Shown here one piece after another: positions 18,322 through 26,496 of a DNA stretch of 64,000 nucleotides; the first letter of the stretch is position 1; each line of letters opens with the position of its first letter. The DNA is from Candidatus Collierbacteria bacterium. Its GTDB lineage: Bacteria; Patescibacteriota; Microgenomatia; UBA1400; MFAQ01. The position numbers and the translations under genes are program-made. The stretch is taken from NCBI GenBank assembly GCA_903884375.1, contig CAISER010000041.1:9164-73163 (forward strand), given 5' to 3'. The notes under the pieces were generated by a model. That model had not been told where the DNA came from and searched no databases. It saw only the letters and a list, made by a program, of their open reading frames with translations.

Positions 18322-20391
18322 TTGAAATCTATGAATGAACAATCAAACAATATCACAAAAAGCATGCTTGAACAAGCGCTTGCATATCTCGAAAGAGGTT
18401 GGAGCGTGATTCCTGTTGGTACGGATAAGAAACCGCTTATCGAGTGGAAGAAGTATCAGACAGAATATCCTACACCACAGGATGTCACTGAATGGTTTAC
18501 AAAGTATCCAAGTGCCAATCTTGCGGTTGTAACGGGACGGATATCAAATATCGTTATTGTCGATGTTGATGTTCGTCACAACGGTAGGCGTGATGCGTTT
18601 ATTGGATATGAAACGGTCGTGGCTGAAACAGGAAATGGTTGGCATTATTATTTTCGGTATAAAGATGGAATAAAAAACTTCGTTGGTATTGCTGAAGGTA
18701 TTGATATTAGAGGCGACGGTGGATATGCTATTTTGCCACCTTCAATACATAGCTCCGGTAAGCAGTATAAATGGTACCGTAATCCTGAAAAATATGAAGT
18801 ACTCGGAATATTGCCGGTTGTTCTTGAATGGATAGAAAATAAGAACAAGCAGGTATCATCGCAACAAAGCAATTGGTCGTCAAGAAAATTAGATGGAGCA
18901 AATGAAGGCGAGAGGAATGATACTTCGGCATCAGTAGCCGGTAAACTTCTTGCACGCTTCAAGCCGCATGAATGGGAGAGTGAAGCCTGGAAGCTTCTTC
19001 AATCATGGAACAATGACAAAAATAATCCTCCGCTATCGGAATCTGAGTTGCGGTCAGTTTTTGAGTCTATATCCAAACGGGAGGCACAAAAGCAAAGCGC
19101 AGATTATCCAGAGACTACAGAAATTATCGTACCTAATAATCTTTCACTCGACGAAGTGTTATTGAGAGTAGAACGTATATTGCCCAATAAAGAGGACTTG
19201 GTGCTTTTAGCAATGGCGGTATCTGTCAGTCAGATTATTGATAAAAAGACTCCGGTATGGCTTATGTTCGTAGGAGTGCCATCAAGCGCAAAGACTGAAG
19301 TAGCGCGGATGATTGGAAAAGCCGAGTGGGTTTTTTATCTGGACTCACTCACGGAAAATGCATTTGTCAGCGGGGGTCGGGGAGATACGGCAGACTTATT
19401 ACCGCTTGTTCACGAAAAATGTTTGATTATCAAAGATTTCACAACAACGCTTTCTCAGCGTGAAGAAACCGTACGGAAGATACTTGGCGACCTGACATCA
19501 ATATATGACGATTCGTTTGTCAAACATTCTCCATCAAGAGGTACGATTTCCTATCATTCATTTTTTTCGATATTAGGCTGTGTAACGCCACAGGCGCTCA
19601 ACAATCATCAGCGGTATGTGAGTCAAATCGGTCCACGATTTTTATATTACCGTGTCCAAGCATCCACCCAGGATGAAGTAGAGCAAAGTTTTGAGATTAT
19701 ATGGGCAGTTGGGAATGTTCAACCCGGATTTAGTATTGCTCAAAAGTATGTTTCGGCGTATGTCACGAAGATTGCAGCAGCGTATAACCCTGAATCGTTA
19801 GAGAAGGAAAATCCCGAAACGATTGCGTACATCAATACATTAGCTCGTTTTATTGCACGAGCGCGGGGTATTGTTGTGACCCGAAGCGGAGAGTTTATAA
19901 ATGGGCAGGGTGAAAAAGTTCAGTTTTATGAACCTGTTGAAATCCAAATCGAGGAGCCATTCCGTGCACTCCAACAACTCCGGGTGCTAGCACGGAGTCT
20001 ATGTGTTGTCCTTGGGCATAAAACTGTTGAGAAGCGAGTGCTCAAACTTCTCAAAGATGTTGCGATTTCCAGTATGCCAGCAGATAGAGCCTTACTTCTA
20101 TCCGTCGTCGCCTCGGAAAAGAAATCATGGTCAGCAAAAGAAGTATCAGACGTATTGGGTATTTCCCATAGGACTGCGCTTCGTCAGCTTGATGAGTTGT
20201 CATCACTGCGGGTGTTGCACAAACAGGGGCAAGGCGCTGGTTTATCAAACGTCTATACCGTATTAGATGAGTTCTCCCAATTTTTGTATAGCGGAGTGGA
20301 GTTTCTGTCACGCCTCCGCAATTCACCAACCGTGACACAAACTACGCAACGGGTAGATACGCAACTTGAGCTCGGAGGGAATAAGTCATGA
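18322..20391 (+). CDS. replication protein: bifunctional primase-polymerase N-terminal domain plus degenerate P-loop/helicase-like domain plus C-terminal wHTH
   Basis: N-terminus LERGWSVIPVG.DKKP...W.KYQTE.PT..DV.EWF..YP.ANLAVVTG...IVIVDVDV...G and DIRGDGGYAILPPSIH..GKQYKW is the Prim-Pol signature. Mid-region VGVPSSAKTE is Walker-A-like with Ala at the conserved Gly. The C-terminal VSDVLGISHRTALRQLDEL resembles an HTH. Confidence 0.65.
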   Translation: MKSMNEQSNNITKSMLEQALAYLERGWSVIPVGTDKKPLIEWKKYQTEYPTPQDVTEWFTKYPSANLAVVTGRISNIVIVDVDVRHNGRRDAFIGYETVVAETGNGWHYYFRYKDGIKNFVGIAEGIDIRGDGGYAILPPSIHSSGKQYKWYRNPEKYEVLGILPVVLEWIENKNKQVSSQQSNWSSRKLDGANEGERNDTSASVAGKLLARFKPHEWESEAWKLLQSWNNDKNNPPLSESELRSVFESISKREAQKQSADYPETTEIIVPNNLSLDEVLLRVERILPNKEDLVLLAMAVSVSQIIDKKTPVWLMFVGVPSSAKTEVARMIGKAEWVFYLDSLTENAFVSGGRGDTADLLPLVHEKCLIIKDFTTTLSQREETVRKILGDLTSIYDDSFVKHSPSRGTISYHSFFSILGCVTPQALNNHQRYVSQIGPRFLYYRVQASTQDEVEQSFEIIWAVGNVQPGFSIAQKYVSAYVTKIAAAYNPESLEKENPETIAYINTLARFIARARGIVVTRSGEFINGQGEKVQFYEPVEIQIEEPFRALQQLRVLARSLCVVLGHKTVEKRVLKLLKDVAISSMPADRALLLSVVASEKKSWSAKEVSDVLGISHRTALRQLDELSSLRVLHKQGQGAGLSNVYTVLDEFSQFLYSGVEFLSRLRNSPTVTQTTQRVDTQLELGGNKS

Positions 20392-20502
20392 GAGGCATTA
20401 CTCCGATTTCATTTAGCTTCGTTTATATGGATAAACCAGAAAGTCCAGATAGGCTGTCCGATGCATATCGCGGGATTTTCATCCAAGCATGGAAAAACAT
20501 AG

Positions 20503-20730
20503 TTGACAAACAAAGTACAGCAAAGTACAGTGGGGGTACGCATGACACAACAACCGACTCAGGACGAGTTTCTAACAATCGAGGAAGTAGCCAAGATTCT
20601 CAAAGTGACCAATGTAACGCTCTACCGAATGGCACGGAAGGGAAAAATCCCGGCGGTGAAGTTCGGCAAAGCGTGGAGAATAAGTTCACGACTCCTCGAG
20701 TCACTTCGTGAGGGAAAGAAAGTTATATGA
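20503..20730 (+). CDS. excisionase-family helix-turn-helix DNA-binding protein (candidate recombination directionality factor)
   Basis: FLTIEEVAKILKVTNVTLYRMARKGKIPAVKFGKAWRISSRLLESL matches the excisionase/MerR-type HTH consensus. The real start is probably the internal Met near 20542. Lies directly upstream of the recombinase. Confidence 0.7.
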   Translation: MTNKVQQSTVGVRMTQQPTQDEFLTIEEVAKILKVTNVTLYRMARKGKIPAVKFGKAWRISSRLLESLREGKKVI

Positions 20731-22382
20731 TTTCAACAATAACACCAATCAAACAAACGAAAATTGCAGCGTATTACGCCCGTGTGAGCACCGCCCGGCA
20801 AGAGGTGCAGGAAACAATAGACTCACAGTTGGATGAACTCAAAGCCCGAATCATTGCTGATGGCAATACGCTCCCGGAAGAAAATATGTTTCAGGATGAT
20901 GGCTGGACCGGCGAAATGCTCGAAAGACCAGGGCTTGATGCTATGCGTGATGCAGCATCGGACGGAAAGTTTGAAATCCTCTATGTGTATGACCGCGGCC
21001 GATTATCCCGTATTTTTGCTTACCAGGAGATTATTCTTGAGGAGATAAATAATCGTGGAATTGAGTTTGTGACGCTTCATGATTTACAAGCCAGAACACC
21101 AGAGGAACATGTATTACAGGCAATGCAGGGAGTTTTTCATGAGTACGAGCGGGTAAAGATTGTTGAGCGGTTTCGCCGTGGAAAACTGCATAAAGCCAGA
21201 AACGGCATACTTATCAATGGTCAGGCACTTTATGGTTACCGGTATGTCAAAAAGACGGAGACAGAACCCACTCACTATGAAATCAATGAAGATGAAGCAA
21301 AAGTAGTCCGCATGATTTTTGAGTGGGTAGCGCGTGAGCGGCTATCTGTGTATGAGATACGCAGGAGATTGTATCAGCTCAAAATCATACCACGTAAAGC
21401 AAAAAATCCTTATTGGACTCGTGGACCGATTATCCGAATGCTCCGCACGGACTCATATCTAACTGGCATTGTTTATTACAACAAATCTGAAGCCATAGTT
21501 GCCAAAAAACCACTCAAACACGACAAATATAAAAAGATAAAGCGGACAAGCAGGAAAGTCCGACCGCGTGAAGAATGGATACCATATCATGTCGCTCCGA
21601 TATTGGAAAACAACGGAATATACGAACGGGTACAAGACGTGTGCGATTACTATAAAAAGTTTCAACCGAAAAATAAGAAATATGATTACTTACTCTCAGG
21701 TTTAGTGTGGTGTGAATGTGGTGAGCGTCGAGTCGGGGACGGATACCATAAAGGTGGAAATCATTATTATCGTTGTATTGAGAAAGTGAAAAAGTTTCCG
21801 CTTATGGAAGTCAACTGTTATGCACACGGAGTCAACGCCGTTATCGTCGATGGGCTGTTGTGGCAGAAACTCCGGGGATTTTTATCAGACAAGACACAAA
21901 TGCGCGAACAGGCAGTCAACTTTTTCAAAGAAGAAATGGTAAAAAGCTCTGTAGGTCAAAGAGAAAAACAACGGTTGATGCTGCAACTGCAACAAGCCAA
22001 GGATGAGGACCTTCGATATGCCCGCGCCTTCGGTAGTGGTGCTATTGAAGAAGAGCAACTCAAAATCCTTACCGCTGAGTTGAGAAAGAAAATACAGTCG
22101 TATGAAGCACAACTCCGCGAAATAAATACACATTCATTTGACGGTGTTATTGATGAGCAAAAGATAGATGCACTATGTGATGAGTCTCAAAGGGTGATAG
22201 AATCATGGTCACAACAGGACAAAAAGAAAACTGTTCAGGATATAATAGATAAAGTAACAATTTTTGATGAAGGAAAGGTGAGGGTGGAGGGGCATGTGCC
22301 TCAATTCGCCCAATACATGGGATATGAACTTACGCATAGGAATTGTTGGTTTGCCAAATGTAGGGAAATCTACCTTATTTAA
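20727..22382 (+). CDS. large serine recombinase (integrase)
   Basis: N-terminal resolvase domain with the catalytic Ser in AAYYARVSTARQ, followed by a recombinase domain and a Cys-rich zinc ribbon (CECGERRVG...YYRCIEK) and a coiled-coil C-terminus. 551 aa. Its 3' end overlaps the ychF start. Confidence 0.85.
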   Translation: MISTITPIKQTKIAAYYARVSTARQEVQETIDSQLDELKARIIADGNTLPEENMFQDDGWTGEMLERPGLDAMRDAASDGKFEILYVYDRGRLSRIFAYQEIILEEINNRGIEFVTLHDLQARTPEEHVLQAMQGVFHEYERVKIVERFRRGKLHKARNGILINGQALYGYRYVKKTETEPTHYEINEDEAKVVRMIFEWVARERLSVYEIRRRLYQLKIIPRKAKNPYWTRGPIIRMLRTDSYLTGIVYYNKSEAIVAKKPLKHDKYKKIKRTSRKVRPREEWIPYHVAPILENNGIYERVQDVCDYYKKFQPKNKKYDYLLSGLVWCECGERRVGDGYHKGGNHYYRCIEKVKKFPLMEVNCYAHGVNAVIVDGLLWQKLRGFLSDKTQMREQAVNFFKEEMVKSSVGQREKQRLMLQLQQAKDEDLRYARAFGSGAIEEEQLKILTAELRKKIQSYEAQLREINTHSFDGVIDEQKIDALCDESQRVIESWSQQDKKKTVQDIIDKVTIFDEGKVRVEGHVPQFAQYMGYELTHRNCWFAKCREIYLI

Positions 22383-23370
22383 TGCGCTTTTGAAGCGCCA
22401 ACAGGCTTTAGTGGCCAACTATCCTTTTGCAACCATAGAACCGAATGTTGGAATAGTTGAGGTTCCTGATGAGAGACTTGAATCGTTGGCGAAGATTTCC
22501 AATAGTGGAAAAATTGTCCCGGCAACTGTCGAGTTTGTGGACATTGCCGGTTTGGTGGCAGGTGCGGCAACGGGTGCGGGATTAGGAAATAAGTTTTTAA
22601 CTCATATTCGTGAAGTGGATGTAATTTTGCAAGTTTTGCGTGATTTTGAAGATTCGGAAATTGTTAAAGAGGGCTCGGTTAACCCCGAATCCGATTACAA
22701 AGTGATAGAAACAGAGCTTGTATTAAAAGATTTAGAGACGGTTGGCAAATGTTTGGAGAGTAAAGATACCAAAGCTAAGGGAAAGGAAAAGAAAAAGGCG
22801 ATTGTTGAAAAACTATTCGTCGGATTAAATAACGGAATACCTGCAAGGGAATTACTTATCACAGAGGAAGATAAAGAATTGGCGAGAGATTTGTTTTTAC
22901 TGACGGCTAAAAAAGAAATTAAGGTATTAAATGTAGCCGAATCAGATCCTCGTTTGCATGAACTAATGGGGGATATGTTATATATCAGTGCCAAAGTTGA
23001 GTCTGAATTATCAAGCTTAGATGAGGCTGACGCTAAGGCATATATGGCTGAATTGGGAATAAAAGAGTCGGGGTTGGACATGCTAATCAAGAGAGCTTAT
23101 GAGACTTTGGGCTTAATCTCATTTTTAACGACAGGAGAGATGGAAAGTAGGGCGTGGACAACCACAAGAGGAGCCAAAGCACCCCATGCCGCGGGGGTGA
23201 TTCATACCGACTTTGAAAAGAAATTTATCAAAGCCAAAATTTGTGATTATGATAAGTTTGTAGAAGCAGCAGGTTGGAAAATGGCTGCCGATAAAGGCTG
23301 GGTGCGTTTTGAAGGTAAGGAGTACGAGATGAAAGATGGAGATGTGGTCGAATTCATGATTGGATCATAA
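22324..23370 (+). CDS. ychF: ribosome-binding ATPase YchF
   Basis: MNLRIGIVGLPNVGKSTLFNAL G1 motif, then NYPFATIEPNVG. The C-terminal TGS-like region has HTDFEKKFI. The track ORF starts 30 nt earlier. The start given here is the conserved Met. Confidence 0.85.
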   Translation: MNLRIGIVGLPNVGKSTLFNALLKRQQALVANYPFATIEPNVGIVEVPDERLESLAKISNSGKIVPATVEFVDIAGLVAGAATGAGLGNKFLTHIREVDVILQVLRDFEDSEIVKEGSVNPESDYKVIETELVLKDLETVGKCLESKDTKAKGKEKKKAIVEKLFVGLNNGIPARELLITEEDKELARDLFLLTAKKEIKVLNVAESDPRLHELMGDMLYISAKVESELSSLDEADAKAYMAELGIKESGLDMLIKRAYETLGLISFLTTGEMESRAWTTTRGAKAPHAAGVIHTDFEKKFIKAKICDYDKFVEAAGWKMAADKGWVRFEGKEYEMKDGDVVEFMIGS

Positions 23371-23391
23371 GCTTTACATACAGGCACGATT

Positions 23392-23628
23392 GTGATATAT
23401 TACAGGTTATACTTTAACAAAATAGGAGGTGTTTCTATGATATTCCCTTGGATTTCTTTTGTACTTGCGGCCTTTTTCCAATGTATGGTACTGATTTTTG
23501 TATTACCCGCTCAAGGGTATCCAAACGGTATCAAGGTTAAACAAAGCATCGCTTTTTGGCTTGTATTCATTTTTGAAGCAATAGCCTTGATTTTATTTGC
23601 TTATCCGATTTCATTATTGTTACACTGA
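23392..23628 (+). CDS. small two-TM membrane protein
   Basis: 78 aa and very hydrophobic. RBS AGGAGG about 8 nt upstream. A terminator follows. Confidence 0.4.
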   Translation: MIYYRLYFNKIGGVSMIFPWISFVLAAFFQCMVLIFVLPAQGYPNGIKVKQSIAFWLVFIFEAIALILFAYPISLLLH

Positions 23629-23645
23629 TTGTTTTGTAAAAAATA

Positions 23646-23674
23646 CCCTTTGAATATTTTCAAAGGGTTTTTTG
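23646..23674 (+). terminator. rho-independent terminator
   Basis: CCCTTTGA-ATATT-TTCAAAGGG hairpin followed by a T6 run. Confidence 0.55.
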
Positions 23675-23764
23675 TGGCAAAATCGTGCGTTGTGTAGTAA
23701 AATTACCGGGTTATTAAAAAAAATAAAGGTGAAAAAAACAAAGACAACCGAAATAAAACCGTCC

Positions 23765-24046
23765 ATGGGTTCGACTAAAAAATACGAACTCGTTGTCATT
23801 TATCCCGTATCCGAAAATGAGATCGGAGCTGAGAAAACAATTACAGAGAAGTGTAAAAAACGAACACTAAAAGTAATTGAAGTAGATAAATGGGGAACAA
23901 AAACCATGGCTTTTGAGATTAAAAAACAAAGTAGAGGATATTACCTAAGACTATTGATCGAAGGGACTCCTTTCGCAGCTAAAGAGCTGGAAAGGGATTT
24001 GCAGATGGACGATAAGCTGCTAAGATTTTTATTGATTAGAATTTAA
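23765..24046 (+). CDS. rpsF: 30S ribosomal protein S6
   Basis: KKYELVVIYPVSEN...KWGTKTMAFEIKKQSRGYYLRLLIEGTPFAAKELERDL matches the S6 pattern. In rpsF-ssb-rpsR order. The start is chosen at an internal Met. The track ORF starts at 23672. Confidence 0.7.
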   Translation: MGSTKKYELVVIYPVSENEIGAEKTITEKCKKRTLKVIEVDKWGTKTMAFEIKKQSRGYYLRLLIEGTPFAAKELERDLQMDDKLLRFLLIRI

Positions 24047-24049
24047 TTA

Positions 24050-24571
24050 TTGATTATTATGAGCACAAGAAGTTTAAATAAAGTTCAGTTAATAGGAAAT
24101 TTGACTCGTGATCCTGAGTTAAAATACACCCCTTCTGGTACAGGAGTTTGTACATTTGGTTTGGCGACAAATCGTGAATGGACTGATTCATCCGGTCAAA
24201 AACAAGAAGGAGTGGAATTCCACCGAATTGTGGCCTGGGGTAAGTTGGGAGAAATTTGTTCCCAATTAATGACCAAGGGACGAAAAGTGTACGTGGAGGG
24301 CCGTTTGCAAACCAGAGCTTGGAAAAGTCAAGATGGTGCCGACAGACAAGTTACCGAAGTGGTTATCGATGAAATGATTTTATTGGATGCTCCAAAAGGA
24401 GATCGTAGTGAGGGCGGTTATGAAACTCATTACACAAGTGACGAAGCAGTTTCTCCAATAGCTGACGTTACACCGGTGGAAGAAATTTTTAATCCAGATA
24501 CCGAGGATAAAGATAGCAAAAAACAAAAAAAGGTAGACTCTAAAGAGGATTCGGATGAAATACCATTCTAG
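24050..24571 (+). CDS. ssb: single-stranded DNA-binding protein
   Basis: OB-fold N-terminus LNKVQLIGNLTRDPELKYTPSG...F.LA, then ...FHRIVAWGKLGE. Acidic tail ending DEIPF. Confidence 0.9.
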   Translation: MIIMSTRSLNKVQLIGNLTRDPELKYTPSGTGVCTFGLATNREWTDSSGQKQEGVEFHRIVAWGKLGEICSQLMTKGRKVYVEGRLQTRAWKSQDGADRQVTEVVIDEMILLDAPKGDRSEGGYETHYTSDEAVSPIADVTPVEEIFNPDTEDKDSKKQKKVDSKEDSDEIPF

Positions 24572-24643
24572 ATTAAAATATAATTCATCCGTGTCGAACT
24601 AAGAATTCCACGAGAAGCGGATTGAATACAAAAAATAAAAAAT

Positions 24644-24874
24644 ATGATCATAAAAAAGAAAATCAGAAAGTCAAGTAAACCATGTCCGTTTTGTGTTAAA
24701 AAAGTAGAACCTGTTTACTCGGATCTTGAATCTCTGGCAATTGGCGTATCAGCTAAGAAGCGAATTGTATCCCGTTGGACTACCGGTGTATGCGAAAAAC
24801 ACCAACTTCGACTTGCAAGAGCAATTAAACGTGCTAGACACTTGGCTCTTCTTCCAGTTACCGACAAAGTATAA
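24644..24874 (+). CDS. rpsR: 30S ribosomal protein S18
   Basis: KPCPFCVKKVEPVYSDLESL...RIVSRWTTGVCEKHQLRLARAIKRARHLALLP. Confidence 0.85.
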   Translation: MIIKKKIRKSSKPCPFCVKKVEPVYSDLESLAIGVSAKKRIVSRWTTGVCEKHQLRLARAIKRARHLALLPVTDKV

Positions 24875-24894
24875 ATTAACAAGTTTTAACAGTT

Positions 24895-26100
24895 TTGTTT
24901 ATGAACCTAAAAAACATTAGGCGGTTTCTTTTTGTTATTTTGATTTGCAGCCTATTGGTTTATGGAGGATTTAGATTGGGGATGTGGAAAGCGGAACAGA
25001 AAATAAAGACTTTTTCCGAAATTGATACAAGTTCCATGAATGATGTCCTGCAGAGATTGAAAACAAGTTACTTAAAGATTGAAAACATTGACGCCAAGAA
25101 ATTAATGTATGGAGCGACTGTAGGCATGACGGAAGCCTTGGGAGATCCCTATACTAATTTTTTTCCTCCTGAAGATAACAGTAGATCAAAAGAAGACCTT
25201 TCCGGTGAGTTTGGAGGAATCGGGATTCAACTTGGATTTGTAGACAATACTTTAGCAGTTATGACACCCTTAAAAGACACACCGGCAATGAAAGCCGGTA
25301 TTAAGGCAGGAGATTTAATTTTAAAAATTGTCGATAAAAGATATAATATTAATAAAGATACAACTAAGATAACGCTTACAGAGGCGGTAAATTTGATTAG
25401 AGGTGAAAAAGGAACTGAGGTTACCCTAACCATGTTTAGAGAAGGGGATAAACAATCAAAAGAAGTTACCCTAATGCGTGAAGTAATTAACGTACCGTCA
25501 ACAGATCTTAAATGGATTGATAATGGAAAGGTAGCCGTAATTTCAGTTAATAAATTTGGTGAACAAACTCTTTCGGAGTGGAACAAAATAGTTACAGAAG
25601 TAAAAAATAAAAAAGCTTCTGGAGTTATTTTAGATTTGCGTAATAATCCTGGAGGATATTTACAACGAGCGGTTGATCTTGGCAGCGAGTTTATTCAAAG
25701 TGGAGTAATTGTCAAACAAAGGGATAAATTAAAAACTGAAGTAATGAATGTCGACCGTAATGGAAAACTGATCGGAACACCACTAGTTGTATTGATCAAT
25801 CGAGGCTCAGCATCAGCATCAGAGATTTTGGCTGGTGCTTTACGAGAAAGGTTGGGAGTAAAACTTGTTGGTGAAAAAAGTTTCGGAAAGGGAACAGTCC
25901 AAGAAGCTCAAGAACTTCCAGATGGTTCTGGTTTGCATGTCACAGTTGCCGAATGGTTATTGCCTTCCGGAGAAAATATTCATGAAAAAGGATTAGAGCC
26001 GGATGTTAAAGTGGAATATCTTTATAACGAGAAAAATCCAACAGCGGACAATCAACTGGATAAAGCGCTGGAAATCTTAAAAGGCATTATCGCCAATTAA
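24895..26100 (+). CDS. ctp: carboxyl-terminal processing protease (S41)
   Basis: N-terminal TM anchor. PDZ segment GGIGIQLGFVDNTLAVMTPLKDTPAMKAGIKAGDLIL. S41 motifs ILDLRNNPGGYL and LINRGSASASEI. Confidence 0.85.
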   Translation: MFMNLKNIRRFLFVILICSLLVYGGFRLGMWKAEQKIKTFSEIDTSSMNDVLQRLKTSYLKIENIDAKKLMYGATVGMTEALGDPYTNFFPPEDNSRSKEDLSGEFGGIGIQLGFVDNTLAVMTPLKDTPAMKAGIKAGDLILKIVDKRYNINKDTTKITLTEAVNLIRGEKGTEVTLTMFREGDKQSKEVTLMREVINVPSTDLKWIDNGKVAVISVNKFGEQTLSEWNKIVTEVKNKKASGVILDLRNNPGGYLQRAVDLGSEFIQSGVIVKQRDKLKTEVMNVDRNGKLIGTPLVVLINRGSASASEILAGALRERLGVKLVGEKSFGKGTVQEAQELPDGSGLHVTVAEWLLPSGENIHEKGLEPDVKVEYLYNEKNPTADNQLDKALEILKGIIAN

Positions 26101-26134
26101 AAAAAGCAGTATTTTCCAACAGTAGCGACGGAAT

Positions 26135-26162
26135 ACAAAAAACCCACCAAGAATGGTGGGTT
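26135..26162 (-). terminator. rho-independent terminator (minus-strand orientation, possibly bidirectional)
   Basis: CCCACC-AAGAAT-GGTGGG hairpin with an A-run on the + strand, which is a T-run on the minus strand, downstream of the minus-strand 85-aa ORF. Lies between convergent ctp and that ORF. Confidence 0.45.
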
Positions 26163-26174
26163 AAAAGGAAATTA

Positions 26175-26432
26175 TTACGAGAAAAGATATTTGGATAGAA
26201 TAAACAGGAGATAGCTGAGTACAGCTTCATCCACATACGGCAGGGGGTCAGCGATGATTATATCCAGAAACCAAATTATCAAAACGGCGATGAAGATTAC
26301 CCTCACAATCCATTTGCGGTGTTTTTCTGGGATATTGTCAATTATCTTGATTAATAAGTTGTAACCAAATACCGTCTTCTCCTTCTTCTCCTTTGCCAAC
26401 GAGACATCTTTGTCTAGATTATCGTCTTTCAT
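26175..26432 (-). CDS. small membrane protein (85 aa)
   Basis: Two hydrophobic helices (VRVIFIAVLIIWFLDIIIA and LSYLLFILSKYLF). Convergent to ctp. Confidence 0.35.
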   Translation of the reverse strand: MKDDNLDKDVSLAKEKKEKTVFGYNLLIKIIDNIPEKHRKWIVRVIFIAVLIIWFLDIIIADPLPYVDEAVLSYLLFILSKYLFS

Positions 26433-26496
26433 GATATTCTCCCTTCAAAAAGATTAATGTACCCTATAATTATAGCATATTTAGCTATAAATGGAT

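Larger units (their letters stand above)
8600..22330. mobile_element. integrated roughly 13.7-kb element (serine-recombinase integrative element with primase-polymerase replication module and unknown cargo)
   Basis: Visible GC increase begins near 8640 and continues to the recombinase. All genes are on one strand. The terminal gene pair is an HTH excisionase-like protein plus a large serine recombinase abutting or overlapping ychF. A prim-pol gene is present. No capsid or terminase genes. Boundaries are approximate. Confidence 0.65.

Noticed and set aside
20388-20711. 107-aa ORF overlapping the excisionase-like HTH gene in another frame
   Set aside because: Its C-terminal half is low-complexity (TTTDSGRVSNNRGSSQDSQSDQ). 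It overlaps 208 nt of the HTH ORF, whose translation matches a known fold. The ATGA coupling with the prim-pol stop is noted in the findings, but the ORF as a whole is not credited as a gene.
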